The notes beneath the pieces are model-generated. The model ran no database searches. It was not told the origin of the DNA and saw only the letters and a list, made by a program, of their open reading frames with translations. Shown in pieces: positions 48,289 through 53,874 of a DNA stretch of 53,874 nt; the stretch's first letter is position 1; each line of letters begins with the position of its first letter. Source of the DNA: Girardia tigrina (lineage: Eukaryota); the NCBI GenBank assembly GCA_001938485.1, contig MQRK01224483.1, positions 1 through 53,874 of the forward strand, written 5' to 3'. Position numbers and translations under genes: made by a program.

Positions 48289-49701
48289 TTTTCGTGAGGA
48301 AATGAAATCATTTAATTAAATAATTGTACTCATATTATTTGAACTTTTAAAAACTAATCAGAAAAAAAATTTATTGAAAAAATGTTTTCCCTCGACAAAA
48401 ATTCATATTTGAACAAGAAAAAAATAGAAAAGTTCGATCACACTCGACTCGATATCGATTGGACTTTGAATTTGAATTAGAGGTCGATTTCGATTTCACT
48501 GAGAGAAATTTTCTGTTTTTTTATATCGATTAATTAATTTTCTATCAATTAAAATTTGGGGAAATATTTCGATACGAAATTTTTATCGATTTGGTTTATT
48601 GGAACAATTAAATCATTTTCACTATTGATCGATCGCCATTATCAATTGAGATGCGTACAATATAAATTATCTTGATCGATTTTTAAACAAAAACGGATTT
48701 CTTTTATCAGGAAAAATTTCACAAAATACCAATCAACGATTTCACTGAGTTTTAATTATATTAATTCTGTTTTGATGCTATTTCACACTATCGAAATTAT
48801 TGCCTCAAATTAGCGTCAACAACAAATTGATTCAATTGATGCAGTTAAACAAATTTCAATATTTGGAATATCATATCTTCCATTTGAAAGAGTAAAGAAC
48901 AATAAAAAATTATATAAAATATCACAATTTACGATTGGCGATCAATCGATTAAATGTCGACAAAAAATTGATTTTATTTTTTCAAATAATTTTTCGTCGA
49001 ATTTCAACAAAAAAAATAATTTTTCTTTTATTTTTTTTTATTTTTAAAACAACGATAATTGTAAGATTATTCAATGATGACAATGGTTATTTCATTGTGT
49101 CGTAACAAATGGAAGAGGAATTATTTCAACCTCAACATTTGAGAACACCATTATGAACATCTCAAAGACCCTTTGAAATGTCTTCATTTGTATTAAGAAT
49201 TTCTTTGAGAATCTCATTTTTAAATAACCGTAGTCCGACAAGAAAGTTTTATCAAAATGACTATGGTAAACATTAACATAAATGTATATTATAAATGATT
49301 ATTATTAAACAAAATATTATAAATTATGATTTTTAAAACGAGAGAAGAACCTAGTGAAAGAAACATTTGATAAATTAAGTGATAAAAATTATATATATAT
49401 ATATGTTCAATCTTGCTACACTAATAAGAGCATTTAAGAAATTCGCTGTTATAACTGCACATTATTGAAAGGGATTTAAATATTTAAAATTTATATCCTA
49501 AAAAAATCATATAAGGTCAAAATTTTTAAGATAATATAATTTAGCAAAAAATGATAATGTATGATCGACAATAAATCTCCAAGGTCGGTAAATCTTGTTT
49601 TGAACCATTGATACAATGAGTTTTGGAAAATTTTGTCATCATCTCTGTTGGATAATCCAAGAAGACGATTGTAAAACAGGTGGTATAAATATTACAATGT
49701 A

Positions 49702-49812
49702 GGGATACAATGTCGCTCGCCTCCCCGTGGTGTATCCTGGGAATTAGAAAGAGGGTCTCCTCCCTTTTTAGAAATAGAAGGGGGGTCCCCATGATCTAGG
49801 CTAAATGAGTGG
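49702..49812 (+). ncRNA. HDV-like self-cleaving ribozyme at the 5' end of the RTE-like LINE
   Basis: P1 GGGATAC (49702-08) pairs with GTATCCT, including the G1-U wobble. P2 TCGCTC pairs with GAGTGG (49807-12). P3 GCC/GGT encloses the 7-nt L3 TCCCCGT. GG follows P1 (P1.1), then a long P4 and J4/2 GCTAAAT with candidate catalytic C49801. G1 directly follows the TSD. Confidence 0.85.
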
Positions 49813-52687
49813 ACGGATCGATGGGGCTAGCAACCTTATCCTTCGCTAAGACAAAGCTTTTAAAACTCAAACAAGGGGTCTGGAAGGACCCGAAGTCATT
49901 AAGCTCCCGAGAGGGGGATCCCTCGTTAAGGATTCCACTTGCAGTGGACTGAGGGTTGGAACTTGGAACGTTCGAGGCTTAACCGATGAAAAGATACTAA
50001 ACATCATCAATATCTTCGAAAAACTAAAAATTGATATGTGTATACTCACAGAGACGCACTGGATCGGAACCGACATTGCCTCTTTCGGGGATTGGAGGAT
50101 CCATAATAGTGGCAGCACGAGTAGCATAAGGGAAAAAGGCGTAGCCATGATGGTAAAATCTGGGGATTCAATGAACATCGAATTCGAAGCGATCAGTGAG
50201 AGAGTGTTCCTCTGTCATATACTCCAAAGGTCGATCCCAGTGGTGGGGGTATACGTTCCGACTGACAGTGGACACTCATGTGAGGAAAAGGAAGAGTTCT
50301 TCACATTACTGCAAGAACATGTCGAAAGGGCGACGACTGAAGCTGAAAAGAAGAAACACGAACTGATAGTTGGATGCGATTTCAACTGTCGACTTAATCG
50401 ACGGAGGAAAACGGAAAGACTGTCGGGTGTTACACTAGTTCAACAGTAACATCAGAAAATGGAGATTTATTAATAGATCTTGCTGACGCGTGCAACTTAC
50501 GAGTAGAGAACACCTTCTACAAACATAAGTTGGCGCAGAGAACTAGCTGGACACACCCGTCAACGAGAAAAAGACTGCTACTGGACTTATTCCTGTCGCA
50601 AAAGAGCAGGTGCAACAGGATAAGCAATGTCAAAAGCTACCCAAATTTTGACTGCGGCTCTGACCACGACTTAGTCGTGTTAACGATATGGATCATCAAC
50701 AACAATAAGGTGCTCAAGTTGGCGAATGATAGAAGAAAGAAAAGAAAAGGAAGAATTGACAGATTTTCCTTGCAGAACAACAAAGTGGCCATCATTAGTG
50801 ACATAGGACAGGCTTGTCCGAATGTCTTGACCTGGGATGATGTGGAGAAGGTCATTTTGAAGACCTCAGAAAGATACAGAAAGAAAAAAGTCCCGCTCAA
50901 TCAGAGGTGGCTACACGGACACCTAGAAGAGCTGAAACCACTACTGCAGGNNNNNNNNNNNNNNNNNNNNNNNNNNNNNNNNNNNNNNNNNNNNNNNNNN
51001 AGAAATGGAAGCGAAGGAAAGAATACATTCAGAATAGATGTGAAAGAACATATTCGACGTGGAAGGCTGCAAGACTGAACACCTTGCGGCATCTCAGGAA
51101 ATGGAAAAGAGAGGGGATTTAGGGAATTGGGCAAGAAATAGAAGGAATTCTCAACAGAGAATGTATGGGCAAGACTTCTGAGTTATACACGGAGCTCAGA
51201 GTCCTCTGCAATAGTGAAACGAAGGAATCCTCTCTCTGTNNNNNNNNNNNNNNNNNNNNNNNNNNNNNNNNNNNNNNNNNNNNNNNNNNNNNNNNNNNNN
51301 NNNNNNNNNNNNNNNNNNNNNNNNNNNNNNNNNNNNNNNNNNNNNNNNNNNNNNNNNNNNNNNNNNNNNNNNNNNNNNNNNNNNNNNNNNNNNNNACAGC
51401 TGCTGGAAACAACGGTATCATTCCAGAGCTATATAAATGGGGCGGTCTCCAGTTGACTGAGAAGATACAACAATGTTTCGTGGACATATGGGAGGAAAGA
51501 GCAGAATTCCCGGATGCTTGGAAAACGGCGAAAGTAGTGATCCTATACAAAGGAAAGGGTTCCAAGTAGGAATTGAATAATTATAGAGGCATATTCCTAC
51601 TTGATGTAGGAGGAAAGATCATGGCCCGAATCATTAAAAATAGATTACTGCCACATCTCGAAAGGATACTGGACGACTGGCAATTTGGTTTCAGACCAAA
51701 CAGAAGCACAGCGCACGCGATTTGTATCTTACGAAAGATACAAGAAGAGGTCAGATACCGGAACATAAACGTATTTGCTATTTTTATCAACCTTGAAAAG
51801 GCATTTGACAGCGTACCCAGGAAAGTTCTCTGGGATTGCCTTCAAGGAATTGGAATGTCTCAGAGTGGATGCTCACTGGCTCTTTGGAGCCGAGTACAGT
51901 TTCGGTGAATTTAAAAGAGACGTTCTGCAGGAAAACTTACTGAAGATGGATGGAAAGATCGAGAAAGTATTCCGACTGAAGAGAATCCAAAGAAGCGGGG
52001 ACGAGCAAACACTAAGACTGGTGCTACCTCGTCTGAAAGAACACAGCTGCCCGATGGATGCCTGTCATAGACAGTATGCAGAAGCGAAGGAATTGAACAG
52101 GCATCTCAGAAGAGATCACAATGGAGCAGGCCCAATTCCGCGAAAACAAAGAGAGAAGAAAGCCCAGCCACATCAGGAGAAAGGAAAATATCAATGTCAA
52201 CACTGTCCGAGGGAATACAAGGCCGCTGGTTTCCTAAGGATTCATATTCAGAAGAATCACCAAGAAGTGTCAACATCCAACGCCCAGAGAGAAGAAAACT
52301 TGGAAGAAGAGAACGAAGAAGAGCCGACATCAAACCAATCCAATCCTCAGTTGCCGGACGCAACTGTGAGTATGCCGAGGATACATCCGAACGACGATGC
52401 CGAAGAGACGCACCTACAATACCGACTTCCAGCCGATTACAAGACTACAAGAGGACAATTCAAGTGCCCATTTCGCGGTTGTTACGCGTCCACCGTAACA
52501 GCCAACGGCATGTACGGCCATGGTACCAAGTTCCATGGTTGGTCGTTCGATACTGGCAAGCCGATTGCTCAGAGGCGGAAGGCCACTGACTCCGTAGGAG
52601 GCCTATCTGGGGGCTCTTAAGGACTTTAGTTTAGGTGGACCCTCTAAAGAGCCTTAGGCTCAATACCATTACAGAGATTGGAGGCCC
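49702..52687 (+). mobile_element. RTE-like non-LTR retrotransposon, both ends present, RT core deleted; APE endonuclease, partial RT, three C2H2 zinc fingers
   Basis: 8-bp TSD ACAATGTA at 49694-49701 and 52688-52695. APE motifs VGTWNVRGL, ETHW, VYVPT, GCDFN, SDHDLV. RT N-terminal motifs YRGIFLL, QFGFRPNRST, FINLEKAFDSV. No YADD region. C-terminal CPMDAC..H..H, CQHC..H..H, CPFRGC..H..H. Several stops and frameshifts. Confidence 0.9.
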
Positions 52688-53874
52688 ACAATGTATTAGA
52701 AACATTGTAAAGGGAACACTAATTTCAAGAAATGAAAATTTTGATTACTCAATTTGGGAACTTTTTTGAAATAGCAACATGTAAAGAGTCTTATATAAGA
52801 CCTTTGAATACAGGAATTGACGTCCAAACTTAAATCTCAAAAAACTTTTTCAGGGATACTTAGGAGAATCAGGGTTTCAGAGTTCGGAATAAATGACATT
52901 AAAAGTATGAATTATGCAAATTTTTTTATTGTTCTTTACTCTTTCAAATGGAAGAAACTTTTATCTCTTTCATTGAGGTTAATTTGGTTTATTATTTTCA
53001 ACTTATAATTAATAAATAACATAAAATAAATACTTGAAATGAAAAACATATAAAGCTCATTATAGTTGTCGTTGACTCAGTTGGGAATGAGATAATACTC
53101 ATAACAATTCCGCATTCAGGGAAAAAGATAATTATTGGAGCTTATTAAAAGTTTTTGAAGTGAATTGAAACTGTCTTGCTTCTCGAATGGATGTTCAACA
53201 TAAATAAAATATAATTATAAGAACAGTTTAATATTTATTTGTAGCTCGCGCCTGTAGTCTATTATTTGGTTGGTAAGAAGATTATGCATACTTGTATTTA
53301 TGTACTTTTCGTTGTTTTTTACCTAATAAAATATTCACCTAATAATTTGTTTTTATAGCACCTTTGTGCTCTAAAAGTAGTCAATTTGCTATTTCAAAAA
53401 GGTAATTTTTTGTCAAATTTTGTCTGCAGCTAAATCTCAACATTGCAAAGGTGCATTTTTGTACAAAAATTGAACGATTTTAAGATCTAAGATCTCCATC
53501 ATCTACCATACTCATCAGATCTTTCGCAAGCAGATTGCCATTTTTCAAGTATCGTGATAACTTTCTCCCGGTGGGATCTTCGCCAACCAGGACCAAGCTA
53601 AAGCTGAAATAACAAAAGTTAAGTTCGCGGCAAAGACAATAAGATCGTTTGATGTTTCTACAAAGTTTTCTAAATATAATTCAAAACAAGTACATTTTTA
53701 ATAATTAATAATTAAAGATTATATAAAGTCAATGTAAAGAAAAACAAAATCGTTGATAATACATGACCTGGAAAAAGTTTTTATTAAATTAATATTAACT
53801 TTCAGTAAAGAAATTAACTAATTATAAAAAATACAGTAGGGGAAAAATGGGCATTCGTTACCACCTCCCCCCCC

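Noticed and set aside
49100-49266. Possible + strand exon ending in GTAAAC
   Set aside because: All frames checked contain stops, no recognisable motif and no partner exon found.
1946-53520. Other CTGATGA/TCATCAG matches (e.g. near 1946, 19790, 31427, 35092, 41877, 53511) as hammerheads
   Set aside because: No stem II followed by GAAA; several lie in coding sequence.

Overview
AT-rich, intron-containing, transposon-dense animal genomic DNA. A flatworm or other lophotrochozoan host is a guess from composition, 41-51 nt minimal introns and the TE repertoire. Host genes: two tandem clan-3 (CYP3-like) cytochrome P450s on + (the last four exons of one; a complete 11-exon, 512-aa gene at 11493-39904), an intronless divergent rhodopsin-type GPCR on - (44565-45458), and an intronless PRUNE/exopolyphosphatase-like pseudogene on - split by a solo LTR (47207-48288). 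Most of the rest is mobile DNA: a full-length Gypsy element with TG...TA LTRs plus about 7 related solo LTRs, a second Gypsy remnant, several mariner and rosa-type (DD41D) elements (one nested, one with long TIRs), Chapaev3-like and hAT-like fragments, two Penelope-like 3' fragments, and an RTE-like LINE. The most notable signals are self-cleaving RNA motifs. An HDV-like ribozyme starts at the exact TSD-defined first base of the LINE, which has lost its RT core but keeps three C-terminal C2H2 fingers. Minimal hammerhead cores sit at the 3' ends of both Penelope fragments. All calls come from manual reading; no searches or folding programs were run.
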